DNA from: Octopus sinensis
Taxonomy: Eukaryota
Assembly: GCF_006345805.1 (NCBI RefSeq)
Contig: NC_042998.1
Span: 142,910,001 to 142,974,000 of the forward strand
DNA length: 64,000 nucleotides
Reading direction: 5' to 3'
The notes beneath the pieces were generated by a model. That model was not told where the DNA came from, ran no database searches, and saw only the letters and a list, made by a program, of their open reading frames with translations. The translations under genes and the position numbers were made by a program. Positions 23,546-36,913 of this stretch are shown piece by piece. Every line of letters starts with the position of its first letter. Within the stretch, counting starts at the first letter, position 1.

Positions 23546-25400
23546 TAAATATCCAGGCAAAGTGTATAGATTGAGAATAGATTTAATGACCGATGTTTGC
23601 AGGTAAAAATTATACTGCTGCGTTCATTAAGACAATCCGTGGATTGCAAAATAGTCAAGACCTCGGCTATGCAGAGATTACATTTGTTATAGCTGCTATA
23701 TGGTTTGGCGTGGGTGACTATGGACCATTTGCGAGTGTAAGGAGTTGAATCAAACTTTAGTTGATTCAACTGAGATAATGATGTATTGTTGGATTTTGTC
23801 TGGGACTTGAAACTCGAGTAGTGGCTGCTTACTCTAGCTTTGAAGGTGGTGCTACATGAGCCAATATATGTGTAGTTACAGTTGGCAGTTGATACTGTAC
23901 ACTTATAAACGATGCCTTCTTTGAGACAGCGGCTATCTAAAGGACAGGAGGTTGGGCGTCTGCAGCAGCTGCATTGGTTTGTAGGATGAGCTTTTGTGGA
24001 GATTACTATTTAGTGAGGAACCGGAGTTGGGTTCGTTATTATTGCTGGCGTTAAGATTAGTATTTAAGGAGTTGGAGTGGTGTGGTGGGGTTGTCTACTG
24101 TGATAATTATTGTACCCGGTGGTATTTTCTGTGTCGTTCTCTGGAGTGGCTGTGTGGTAAGTAGCTTGCTTACCAACCACATGGTTCCGGGTTCAGTCCC
24201 ACTGCGTGGCATCTTGGGCAAGTGTCTTCTACTATAGCCTCAGGCCGACCAATGCCTTGTGAGTGGATTTGGTAGAGAGAAACTGAAAGAAGCCTGTCGT
24301 ATATATGTAAATATATATATATGTATGTGTGTGTATATGTTTGTGTGACTGTTTGTCCCCCTAGCATCGCTTGACAACCGATGCTGGTGTGTTTACGTCC
24401 CCGTAACTTAGCGGTTCGGCAAAAGATACCGATAGAATAAGTACTGGGCTTACAAAGTATAAGTCGATTTGCTCGACTAAAGGCGGTGCTCCAGCATGGC
24501 CGCAGTCAAATGACTGAAACAAGTAAATGAGTAAAGAGTAAAAGAGAGTATATAGTTGGGTGTTGTGGTAAATTTAAGTGTTGGGTGTTAGTAGTGGAAT
24601 TATACTTGGAGTTATGAATGTTAGTGTTGTTAAGGGTGCCATTTGGTATTTTGGGTTTATATGTATGGAGGTGAGGGATTATGTTGAGTTAATTCATTAG
24701 GGTGGAGATTAGTTGGTTGTGTATTTTTGAGTTTCATGTTGTTAAGGTGTCGGATAACGACAATATTGGTGGTTGTGGAGTAGGACGATTTTATAGATTG
24801 GGACTTAAATATTTTTCTGGGGCTAGGATTCAGAGAAATACTTATCGGGTTGGACGAAGAAGAGTTTAGGTACTCGAGTCTGAACATTAAGGGCGAAGCG
24901 GAGGTGGCGGAACCAGATAACGTTCTGGGTTCTAGTTCGTTTGATTCGATTAGAGGAGTTAACTGGGTGGGGATAGGGTTTTAGAGGTGTACGCTGGTGT
25001 CTGTTTCGGTGAGTTGTGATGTATATAGGATTTGGGATCACCTGGTAGGAGGGTTGTTTGTTAAGTGGTCTCTTATTCTGAAATTTGGACGGGTATTGGA
25101 GGGGTAGGACGGGGAGATTTTACATTTACTATATAGGGGTGCAGAAATGGAGAGAGGAATATCCAACATGGGGATGTATGCGATAGAATTTTTATATCCG
25201 GCACGTTGTAGGGCACAATTGTAATATTCAGCATATTGATCGAATAAATTCTTATTAGCAGATAGTGAGGAAATCCGGTAGGAAACACTTTCCGCAATGG
25301 ATTTTAGGACGGAGGGGTGGTGGTTTATATTTATTACAGTTTGCTTGAAGTTAACTTTCTTCCTTCACTTCGATCCCTGGATCTTACATTTATATGTGTA
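23530..25400 (-). mobile_element. Penelope-like element: RT thumb, linker and GIY-YIG endonuclease, interrupted by a SINE
   Basis: HHPSVLKSIAESVSYRISSLSANKNLFDQYAEYYNCALQRAGY; RTQNVIWF; SIKSSYS; CPLDSRCLKEGIVYKCTVSTANCNYTYIGSCSTTFKARVSSHYSSF; KWSIVTHAKPY...KCNLCIAE...CKHR. Confidence 0.85.
24143..24548 (+). mobile_element. Full bipartite SINE nested in the PLE
   Basis: GGAGTGGCTGTGTGGTAAG head through AAATGACTGAAACAAGTAAA tail. Confidence 0.9.
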
Positions 25401-25880
25401 TACATACATTGTTATGTATATACATTCTTACCACGTTCCAGCACACTTCAACGTGGAAATCGCTCATCGCAGTACAATATCATGGCAGGAAACGACTTCT
25501 CATTGTATATAATGGGAGGCCTATCAGCGCTGGATTAACCATTATGCTAAATAAGCACGTGCTTAGGGCATCAAGGGAAAATGGGAGGGGGGGCACCACA
25601 GAAATGGTAAATGGTTTACGGCACAAAAGAAATCACATTAAAATTACTAAAATAATATTCGGGATACCTATCTCTACAAAGTGTAGAGACACTTATATAT
25701 TACCTAAGATAAATTTTGAGCATCTGATCACCGATTTGTAAATATAAAAAATCAGAGAACAGTTTTTAAATATGAAGTAGAAGTATATCGAAATAAGCAT
25801 TATTTTCCATCATACTGCTAGTTTTGCTTCATTTTGAAAAGTAAAAATTAATTTTATGGGCTATTGTTCCATATATTTTG

Positions 25881-25922
<42 letters not shown>

Positions 25923-26103
25923 TTACTATAGACAGCAGTGTACAATATGTTACAATAAAGGAAAACTATAATTGTCTCTAAATATGACTAGGGTGTTACA
26001 ACACCTACATTGCTTGAAATAAGAGCTAAAATGGTCTAATGTTGTAGTGGAAGCACTGATAGAGACTGTAATCGTCCGAAAACACCGGTCGAGAATTCCC
26101 TAC

Positions 26104-26159
<56 letters not shown>

Positions 26160-26329
26160 GTGTGTGTATCAAAATAAGCAACAGGATATCCAGAGGTGAT
26201 GCAGCACGATCGTTTCAAGCGACGCCATTTAATTGAACAAAGCAATCGTTACATCAATTTAAATGCAGGAAATGGATGCGTCGCGTTCAAATAAATAATA
26301 AATAATATGTATGTATTATTTATTATTTA

Positions 26330-26516
26330 TTTTTACTTGTTTCAGTCATTTGACTGCAGCCATGCTGGAGCACCACCTTCAAGTGTTTTAATCGAACAAA
26401 TCGACCTCAGGACTTATTTCTTAAGACTAGTACTTATTCTATCGGTTCTTTGCCGAACCGCTAAGTTGCGGGGACGTAAACACACCAACACCGGTTGTCA
26501 AGTGGTGATGAGGGGA

Positions 26517-26525
<9 letters not shown>
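26330..26525 (-). mobile_element. 3' module of bipartite SINE
   Basis: Reverse-complement match. Confidence 0.85.
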
Positions 26526-26595
<70 letters not shown>

Positions 26596-26649
26596 ATATA
26601 TACTGTGGATGTCGAAGCACATAAAACTATAAATAATTTCGTCTACAAC

Positions 26650-26836
26650 ATGCACAAAACCTGAAATTTTGGGGGACGTTGCTAGTCGATTACATCGAAC
26701 ACAGTATGCGACTGGCACTCTTTTCACCGACTCCGAAAGGATGAAAGACAAAGTCGACCTCGGTGAAATTTGAACTTGAAACCTAGGCTGACGAAATGCC
26801 ACTAAGCATTGCTGACGATTTTTCCAATTCTCTGCC
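26650..26836 (-). mobile_element. SINE family C (degenerate)
   Basis: Reverse-complement match. Confidence 0.7.
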
Positions 26837-27144
26837 TTTATAAAAATCATAGATAACAGCATATAAATATTGGGTTGCAAAAACACTTCTGGATACAAAA
26901 AGTCAAACTTGAGTGCACGGCGTTTATCCGACAGTCAAAGGCTATGCGCGCGCATACATCTAATACAAAAACAAATATAAAAATATGTGCATACATCTAA
27001 TACAAAAACACATATAAAAATTCAAAATGGCTGAATAGGCCGTTCTTGATCAGCATGTCTGCCATAAACATTTCCGTCCTTCTAATTTCTTATACCTATA
27101 TATTACTCCACAACAGACGTGTCAAGTCCTTTAACTTCTTCTTC

Positions 27145-27198
<54 letters not shown>

Positions 27199-27770
27199 AT
27201 ATCTCTCTCTCTCTCCTCTCCCTCTCTCTCTCCCTCTCTCTCTCATTCTCTCTCTCTCTATCTCTCTCTCTCTCTCTCCTTCCTCTAATCCTCTTCTCTC
27301 TATTCGTTCACTCGGCTCACCACCGCACAACCTCAAATATAATACCAACTGTCCAACCTGTCATATTACTGTAATATTTATACATGTACTATTAAGTAAC
27401 TCATTAGATTTACAAGTCCTTTCCATTCTCAATTATCTCTCCCTCCCGCCTTTCTATCTCTAACAACATATTAGCCTATTTATCTTTGTCTTTCTCTGTC
27501 CTTCATTACCTTTTCTATTTGCTTTCTTTCTTTTTTATTTCTCCTTATGTATGCGTATATATGTATAACTATGCGTATATGTGTGTGTGCGCGTCTGTAT
27601 ACACACATACATTTATGTACGATGTATGTGTGTATATATGTGTGTGTGTGTGTCTGTGTATGTGTGTGTATGTGTAGATGTATCAATATATATTCAAATA
27701 TATTTGCACGCTCGTACATATACATATGCTGTACGTGTATGCATGTATACACACACATACACGCACACAC

Positions 27771-27812
<42 letters not shown>

Positions 27813-28052
27813 TACAGTTACTACTCGCGACTGTTAATGTGTTATTGTTGTTGTTGTTGTTATTGCAGCTGCTGTTTTGACTGCTATTGTTATTGTGATT
27901 GCAGCTGATATTAATGAAGATGATGACGACGACGACGATGATGATGATGGTGATGTTGATGATGATGATCATGTTGGCGGCGGCATGTGTACTGTTGCAA
28001 ATATTTCAGCTGTTGTGAAAGTGTACAACTCTTACATATTACAATTGTTGTA

Positions 28053-28133
<81 letters not shown>

Positions 28134-28161
28134 GCTACTGCCACTGCTGCTGCTGACAATG

Positions 28162-28208
<47 letters not shown>
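28053..28208. repeat. (CTA)n/(TAA)n trinucleotide tract
   Basis: Direct runs; forms the 5' flank of the R4/Dong element. Confidence 0.95.
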
Positions 28209-28209
<1 letters not shown>

Positions 28210-28210
<1 letters not shown>

Positions 28211-29500
28211 TACGAAAACTGTTGACAATGCATAGAATGCACCACCCTAAGGCAGATATAGAACGACTTTATCTGCCAAGAAAAGAGGGAGGCCGTGGTC
28301 TTTTACAACTGGCAATAACAATGAAGATTGCTACAATTGGCCTAGGCACCTACCTGAAAAACTTTGAGGACTGGATGTTAAAACTTGTCTCAAAACATGA
28401 AAACAAGAAAGCATCATACTCAGTAACAAAACAGGCAAAGGAATAGCTAAGTGAATTCCGAATACAACAAATTTCGGAATTAGACACACAAGAAACAAGC
28501 ACAGAAAAAGCTAAGCGCATGAAAACCCGTGCTAAAACTGCTGCCTTAGATATTCTGAATGACAAATGGCAAGAAAAACCTCTCAATGGCAAATACCCAA
28601 AGCGAGTGAATAATGCAGATGTTGACAAAACCCTGACCCATCAATGGCTAATGGCCTCTGGCTTAAAATCTGAAACAGAAGGGTTTATCATAGCAGCTCA
28701 AGATCAATGCCTACCTACAAGGAACTACCAGGCCAACATATTAAAGAACGGCAGTAGCCCAACATGTCGCGTATGTCAACAACAAAATGAAACCATTGAT
28801 CATGTTGTCTCCAAGTGCAGTCTTCTTGCGCCTACAGAGTACCTCAACAGGCATGATAGAGCTGCACAATATATTCACTGGGTAATTTGCAGAAGCCTGG
28901 ACTTGCCTCATGATAAAAACTGGTGGGAACATAAACCACCTCCAGTGCTTGAAAATGACCACATCTCACTCCTCTGGAACTTCACCATTCAAACTGACAG
29001 AAAGATAGACGCGAATAGGCCAGACATCATAATAAAAGACTTCAGACAAAAAACATGCCTCCTCATTGATATGACTGTCCCAATCGATATAAACGTATCT
29101 GTCAAGACCTACCAGAAACTGAGCAAATATAAAGATCTGGAAATAGAAATCAGCAAAATGTGGAACCTGAAGACTAAAACAATACCTGTTGTCATAGGTG
29201 CCCTGGGAATGATAGCAAAAGGGGCTGATTGCTACCTAACTCAGATACCAGGAAACCCGAAAATGGCAGAAATTCAAAAGATAATGCTCATGGGAACTGC
29301 TCATATCCTACGCAAAATACTTTCTATGTAATCTCAAGTTTTAAAACATAATTTTCGTATGGTTTTTTAGGCATTCACTAGAACAACACTAAGTACGAAA
29401 CCAAATATATGGCACCCTAGGCATAACCAACTTGTTGTCTCTTGAGGTCTCTGGGTGAGACTTGGAGCCAGCTTGTGCAAATGTAGAGCAAAAGTCAAAC

Positions 29501-29502
<2 letters not shown>
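28210..29502 (+). mobile_element. R4/Dong-clade non-LTR retrotransposon, 5'-truncated (RT C-terminus, CCHC knuckle, restriction-like endonuclease, 3' UTR)
   Basis: RKLLTMHRMHHPKADIERLYLPRKEGGRGL; CRVCQQQNETIDHVVSKC; NRPDIII...LIDMTVP...KLSKYKDL; PVVIGALG. One continuous frame 28210-29331 with a single TAG at 28444-28446; (TAA)n on both flanks. Confidence 0.9.
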
Positions 29503-29550
<48 letters not shown>

Positions 29551-29663
29551 GTGATGCATGTGCCAGGTGTACCCTTATCAGACGGGTAGTCATGATGGGT
29601 ATACTGGGCTTCGTATATTTTACCCCAGTGTCACTTTGATGGCATGTCCTGCTCGCTCACTCA
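29551..29663 (+). mobile_element. Heavily 5'-truncated copy of the TAA-associated non-coding retroposon
   Basis: Last ~110 bp of the 29780-30335 element, followed by (TAA)n. Confidence 0.8.
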
Positions 29664-29716
29664 ATAATAATAATAATAATCATAATAAAATAATGATAAC
29701 AACAACAACAACAACA

Positions 29717-29753
<37 letters not shown>

Positions 29754-29779
29754 TGATGATGATGATGATGATAATAATA

Positions 29780-30334
29780 AATGCCCTGATGCAGTACCAG
29801 GCAGTGGCTCTCATGGCTTCTGATCTTAACTGATTGGAAGTGCTATGTACATTATTTTGTCTTGATATAAAAAATGGGCTACAGCAAATATTCTGCTCAA
29901 TACCACAGATTTACTTGTCAGTTGTTTGACCTTAACCAGTTGAGTATGTCCCTTAGTGGCTGACGATATGTGCATCTCTGATCATGAGCAGAAGTAGTAG
30001 GGGGCATCATAGCCATGTGTTGAGAGGGATTCTTTGGGGTTTGAATATTTCACCTCTGGAAACATGGGTGTTTTATTCAACATCCTTAAACAACCCTTAT
30101 TCAGTGACCTTTTGAGCAGGATGGGTTACTCGACCAGAAGAAAATTCTAACTGGGCCCCACCTGCAAGGTCATATGCTGTTTATCTTGATATGAGATCAC
30201 CATGTCGCGCACATATGGTTGTGATGCATGTGCCTGGTGTACCCTTATCAGACGGTTAGTCATGATGGGTATACTGGGCTTCATATATATTTTACCCCAG
30301 TGTCACTTTAATGACATGCACTGCTCTCTCACTC

Positions 30335-30335
<1 letters not shown>
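29780..30335 (+). mobile_element. TAA-associated non-coding retroposon, longest copy in the window
   Basis: ATGCCCTGATGCAGTACC...CTGCTCTCTCACTCA; (TAA)n at both ends. Confidence 0.8.
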
Positions 30336-30406
<71 letters not shown>

Positions 30407-30514
30407 TATAATAATAATAATAATGATAATAATATAATAATAATAATAATAATAATAATGATAATAATAATAACAATAATAATAATAATAACAATAATAA
30501 TAATAATAATAATA

Positions 30515-30960
30515 GCTAAACTAAAACTAGAACAGCAACGGACCATGATAAAACGATGGCAAGAAAAGCCCCTTCATGGCAAATACTGGACTAAACTAAA
30601 TGTAAAAGAAATAGACAAAGAGAAATCCCAGCAATGGTTGAGAAGCTCAAGACTCAAAGCAGAGACGGAGGGATTTTTAATTGCAGCATAAGACCAAAGC
30701 CTCCCCACCAGAAATTACCAAAAACATATAATGAAAAGAAACATAACAAGTAACTGCAGAATATGTGGAGATGGACAAGAAACAATAAATCATATTATCT
30801 CTGGCTACCCAGTCCTGGCTAAGAAGGAATATATTTACAGACAACAGAGTTGGGACTTACATACACTGGAAGCTATGTCAACATTATGGAATAACAACAG
30901 AAAAAAGATGGTATAGGCACACACCAGAAAAGGTCACAGAAAACGAGAAAGCAACAATAC
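30515..30960 (+). mobile_element. Second R4/Dong-type LINE fragment (different subfamily)
   Basis: KRWQEKPLHGKY...QWLRSSRLKAETEGFLIAA*DQSLPTRNY...CRICGDGQETINHIISG; starts directly after a long (TAA)n tract. Confidence 0.85.
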
Positions 30961-30972
30961 AACAACAACAAC

Positions 30973-31007
<35 letters not shown>

Positions 31008-31198
31008 AATAATAATAAGAAGAAGAAGAAGAAATAGGAGAAGAAGAAGAAAATTTCTTTTATCTACAGGGGCATAGATGAGGCGAACATCACAAGAACA
31101 AACAACAATTTGTGTAGGGATTTACATCTAGGATGGGGAGAAAGAAATGGAAAAGACAATGAAATGCGATGAAGGTATACATAGGTATACATATATAA

Positions 31199-31606
<408 letters not shown>

Positions 31607-31642
31607 TAATAAAATAATAATAATAATATAATAATAATAATA

Positions 31643-31683
<41 letters not shown>

Positions 31684-31884
31684 TAATAATAAATATTATA
31701 CAAAGTATGAGATAACATAGATGATGTAGTCCTAGTATAGGAGAAACTCCAACTAGAGTCAATCAAAGAACCTCACAGATCAGGGATCATCCTAATCACC
31801 AAACGTACGGACCCTCTCTCCTGCTCTCCACTCTACAGGCGCATACTTAGAGTAGGGTCATTCATTCTAATCATTTTGTTACAT

Positions 31885-32075
31885 TTTCTATTATAGGGAC
31901 AAAGCCTGAAATATTGGGGAGATTATGTCGACCCCATTGTTCGACAGGTACTTATTTTATCTAACTCGAAAGGACGAAAGGCAAATTTGACCTCGGTGGA
32001 ATTTGAACTCAAAATGTAGAAGGCATGAACAAATACTACAAAGCAATTTCGGCGATGTTCTAACAACTTTTTCAA
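31885..32075 (-). mobile_element. SINE family C (degenerate)
   Basis: Reverse-complement match. Confidence 0.65.
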
Positions 32076-32299
32076 TTCATCGCTATGTTTAACTCGTTAT
32101 TAATAATAACCATAATGCTTTCTTTATTAACTACGAAGAGTTAACAAAAATAATGGTGACGGTACAGAACGGTACAAAGTGGGATAACATAACGGAACGC
32201 TATGTACGATGGGATAACATAACGGAGTGAAAAGGAGAATAATAGTATCAAAGAAACAAAGAAAATTCAAAGAATGAATAAATCCCCAAATGAAGAGAC

Positions 32300-34045
32300 C
32301 TACAATGTCTACTCGTGGAAACCCCGGCCAGCGACACTTCCGTAGATGTACAGTTTACCTCGGGCCAGCAATGTCCTTTCCTTTCTCCGGTTGCACAGGT
32401 AGGTCACCGATTTCTGGAAGTAATTTATGTGCCTTGCTCGAAAATCCTGGGGATAAAACCTAACCAGTTGATTTTCGTCGACGTCTAGAGTTTCCCTGCG
32501 AACGTTTTCACTCTTTCCCGCCACTAACCCTCTATAGGACATCAACGTGGAACTTCCACCTACCGCACTGCCCGACTGTTAGAAAGTTATAAGCGTTTGG
32601 TGACATTTCAGTTGCCCAACTCCCTATCTCGGCCTTTGCTTAATCCAGGAAAGCAGCTCTGTCAAAGAGATGAGCTGTGGAAAGAGGCATCAGACAAACG
32701 GCGACCACAATTGATCGCCATCAAGAAATTGCTGCAGATGTTGCAGCTCAGTGACTGTCTGTGCACCATCAACTACGACGTGCCGTTTTCCACTCGGCGG
32801 GTGTTGAAAGTAAATCGAGCACCTGATCAATAGATCGTGTCTCCTCCGCAGAAATGGAAAAACAGATGCTCTAGTCTGTCAGACATGAACTGGGGCATGG
32901 CTCGACTGTCAAGCGGTTATATATAGCGAAGGCGATGTAATGTTTCTCCACTTGTACCTGACCATTCAGGGATAGCTTTCTCTCATCCCATTCCTGAGTA
33001 AGAGAGGCCATCCTGCTTGTTACATTGTGACAAATCATCTCCATTTGGAGGTCTGGACCAAAATCAGTTTTCAATCTATTTAAACGGTCCATCCGTCCAG
33101 CGCCCCACGATGCTGTTGGACGTCATGGACGTGTTGCTTTAGGTGTCTAGCTGTAGGCCCACTGACATTTTTTTCGTTAACTTTAACTTTTGTCACTGCC
33201 TCGTACTTCCTTAGAACAGTGTCGATTACTTTGATGTATTCGGGGTCCGACTCTATTACGGTGACGTCATCCACATTTGGCAATACAGATCTTCCACATT
33301 ACAGTTCATGCAGGATGCCCGTCAATATCTCTAGTTTCACAGTAGTGGCTCAAGAGTAATTTCAAGTAGAAAGAAGAGAGGAGAGAACCTTGATGAACAG
33401 AACGGATTATGTTGAACTGTTCCGATAGATGGCCATTTATTCTAACCACTGAATAGGTGTTACTGTTAATAGCGGCGAGCCAACCACAGGAGACGGGACT
33501 GAAACCAGCTGCCATGATGACAGCCTTCAGGTATTGATGGTCAACCATATCGAGAGCTTTCAACTGATCTAAACTGATCGAAGCCCGATCCATGCCAGCT
33601 TCTTTGCCCACCCACTATACTATGTATCGCATAAAGTGGAAATTGTCGAAGATAAATCTCTTCAGAATGGAGCATGTTTGTGCATCACCGATAAGACCAT
33701 CGACAACAATGTCAACACCTTGGCCAAAGTCTTGAATTCTGAATGTTGCAGAGTTATGAGCCGAAAATTATCAATGTGATCCACTTTTTTCGAGTCCTCT
33801 CTCAGTAGGGCTACTACTCCACGGCTCACAGAAATGGGAATTTTCCCGTTCTGTTGTGTGTTGAGGTAGGTATCTGTCAAAAGGTGGCCCAAAAAGTGGC
33901 ATATAATAAGATGCGTATGGTATACAATTCAAACTAGTCGAGTTGTCCCACATGCTGCTAGTCATTGCTTCCCACGTTTCAGTGACTGTTATAACCCTTT
34001 CTCAACACTCCTCCTCCGCATACTTCAGCTTGTTCTGAGGGAAAA
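32300..34045 (-). mobile_element. Tx1/L1-clade LINE reverse transcriptase remnant
   Basis: RGVVALLR...DNFRLITL..SEFKTLAKVL; ISLDQLKALDMVDHQYL...VRINGHLSEQF.I.RSVHQG.LLS; VDDVTV...YEAVTK.KVN; FGPDLQME...RKLSLNG; many stops and frameshifts. Confidence 0.85.
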
Positions 34046-34562
34046 TCGATCTACTCATTTTCTAATGAATGATTTAAAAAAAAAAATACAGTAGGGCTTA
34101 TTTTTCTAAAATCGCTAAAATGACGGTACCCCAGCACGACCACAGCCCTTGACTGTGATAATAGAATGCAGTGAGATTTGAAGGAGGTTGGGCGGTTACA
34201 TCGGGTGATCGCGTAGAGGCTCCCTCTTCATTTCGAATGCACAAATATTTTGAAAGTGAGGTAAAGTCGTCGATGTGACATCGTTATATGACTAGTATTT
34301 GTTTTATTGAACAAGAAATTTGAACAAAACGGGATTTAAAAGTTAGATATAATAGTACGTAATTAATACAACCAAGAATTTTGGCGGACACTCTGCAGTT
34401 CCAGCAGATTTCATCGACTTTTGTTAGCATTAAGTTTTCATATATTGTTTGCGACTCTTTCTTTCTATTCTTAATATTCCTTTTCTAGCATCCCTACTTC
34501 CTCTCTCCATCTATCTCGTCTGCTCACACTTAATTGTAGACTTTCTTCCTTCCTTTCCCTGT

Positions 34563-34609
<47 letters not shown>

Positions 34610-35110
34610 CTCTCTCTCTCTCCATCTGCCACTCTTTCTCCCTCCCTATCTCTTCTTTCTCATTCTCCTTCCCTTCTATCTGCTACGCCTAGCGTACTGG
34701 TCAACTTTTTCTCCTTTCTAGCTAATTTTTTTTTTATCCATTTGGGGATATCTTCCAGGCGTTAACCTCCATTCCCGTGTTTGGCCGAAAGGGTTTATTT
34801 ATTATCTTCATCAATCGTTTCAAATTCTCTTTACTTTCCTATGTTCACCCTGTATTGTTTTGTTTGCTCGAGCCCTAATTCTACGCAAATCTTGCGGGTG
34901 CCGCCGATATACGAAGTTCTCAGTCTTGTGGTTAAAGGCATGAAACTGGGTATTAGCATTTTTGGTCGATAACTGAGGAAGAATTAGGGTCCTTGTGTCT
35001 GTCCTACATGTACATTTTGTAATATTTAATGCATTTTTCATTTATGGAATAACTGAACGCCACGCATCCCGACTTTCGTTAACAGAGATAGATATAGCCT
35101 ACTGCTATTT

Positions 35111-35267
35111 CAAGATGGCGGCCAAAACTAGCTTGCAGCCAGCCATATCAACCTGGCGGTTCTGTTTCACTAGCTAGCAGCCATATCAACATGGCGGCTA
35201 TATTTCACTGGAAACAAGTTTTCGTCTGATCACAGACAGATGTGAAACAACTTCGAGTTGGGTAAGT
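35111..35267 (+). promoter_or_regulatory. Candidate promoter-proximal first exon: YY1-type motifs and 5' splice donor
   Basis: CAAGATGGCGGCC (35111-35123), CAACCTGGCGG, CAACATGGCGGC (35187-35198), then TGG|GTAAGT donor at 35262-35267. Confidence 0.5.
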
Positions 35268-35553
35268 ACTTAGGTTGGTGACAACGATACGAAGACGACG
35301 GAGACTGATTACTAAACAGCAAACACTATCAGTAACAAAGAAATCACCACCACATCACCATTACTACTGCCAACGCTTACTAATAAAAAGAAAACGCTAC
35401 AAACCACCATTATTTTCGATTCACCTCCTACCACCACTATCACTAACTTTCAACAATACCGTCATCGCTATCTTCCCCTCCTTTGCCACCATTTGCTGTT
35501 GGAATAGACAATTGAATAAACCACTGCCAACATCACTACCACCCCAAACCACC

Positions 35554-35584
<31 letters not shown>

Positions 35585-35799
35585 TGAAGCAAAAGAGCCT
35601 TAAGTGGATGCCCAATATGCTAGAAACAGAAGCTAAATCTCCCTCAAATCACAACCTACAGTCTTTACAAAAGACTCAGGGATAACGTAGTTCTCAATAA
35701 AGATATACTATGACTGAAATTAAGACGAGATGATCGTGACTGGAACGCTGCTGGGGTTAAACAACACTATTAAACCTAAATATTCGACATTACCATCAT

Positions 35800-36146
35800 C
35801 ACCATCAGTGCCATCAGTGCCATCATCGCCACCGCCACCTCCACCGCCGCTGCAACCACAGCCTTCGCCGCAACCACCACAGCCTCCGCCGCCCCTTCAG
35901 CCACCGCCGCCGTCACCACTACCACTACCACTACCACCACCACTATTAATAGTTTATTAAACAACTACTACTGCTTCGTATTTCTAATTACAACAGCATT
36001 AACAATAACAACACCGCTGAGATTACCCTGCTTTACTGATATATCAATTATTTCAGTAGTAGTAGTAGTAGTAGTAGTAGTTCTTTATTGGCTCCACTGA
36101 ACAATTACTACCACCATCGTCACCACAACGGCCACCACCACCACCG

Positions 36147-36204
<58 letters not shown>

Positions 36205-36470
36205 CATTACTACTACTTAGTTATCACTACTATCACCGTCATCACGACAATTCATATAACCATCACCATCACCAGCATCACCCACACTAACATCACCGTC
36301 ACCACCATCACCACTATTATCACTACCATCAACACTACCATCACCACCACCATCATCACCACCAATACCATCATCATCACCACCTTCAGCAGCACCATCA
36401 GCTTCACCAACATCATCATCATCACCAGCACCATCATCCTCACCGCTATCATCATCGTCGTCGTCATCGA
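35800..36470. repeat. Mosaic trinucleotide low-complexity tract (CCA/CCG/CAT/TAC)
   Basis: Direct runs. Confidence 0.9.
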
Positions 36471-36913
36471 AGCTGGAACTATTGATGCAACTTGAATATT
36501 TGCCAAGAGGTCATTGTCCGCTTCTTGTTACCTCCTTCCTCCTCAGTTAATCCTTACTATCACTCCACCTCTCTTTCCCTCTCATGTTTTTTTTTATTAC
36601 TCCCCCTCTCACTGTCCTCATTCCTTCTTGTTTCTGGTTCCCTACGCACTCCCTCCTTCCCACTCTCGCCAATCTTCTCTTCTTACTCTTTACCTCCTTC
36701 TCTTCCTCTCACTCTTTCTTTCTTCTTTCTAACTTTAGTTCTTGCCACTCATTTACTCCATCACGCTCCCTTTTCCTTCCACTATCTAACTCTTCTTCCT
36801 CCGACTATGTCTCTGGTAGTTTCCTTCTTCCTCTCCCCTCCTTTCTACCGTTTCCACTCTTCCAACGATATATGTTACAAAAATAGGAAGCATTAAAAGA
36901 GTTAACCTATTAT

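Noticed and set aside
35730-36506. Pro-, His-, Tyr- and Thr-rich ORFs resembling low-complexity proteins
   Set aside because: Pure trinucleotide mosaics with no domain and no convincing splice signals.
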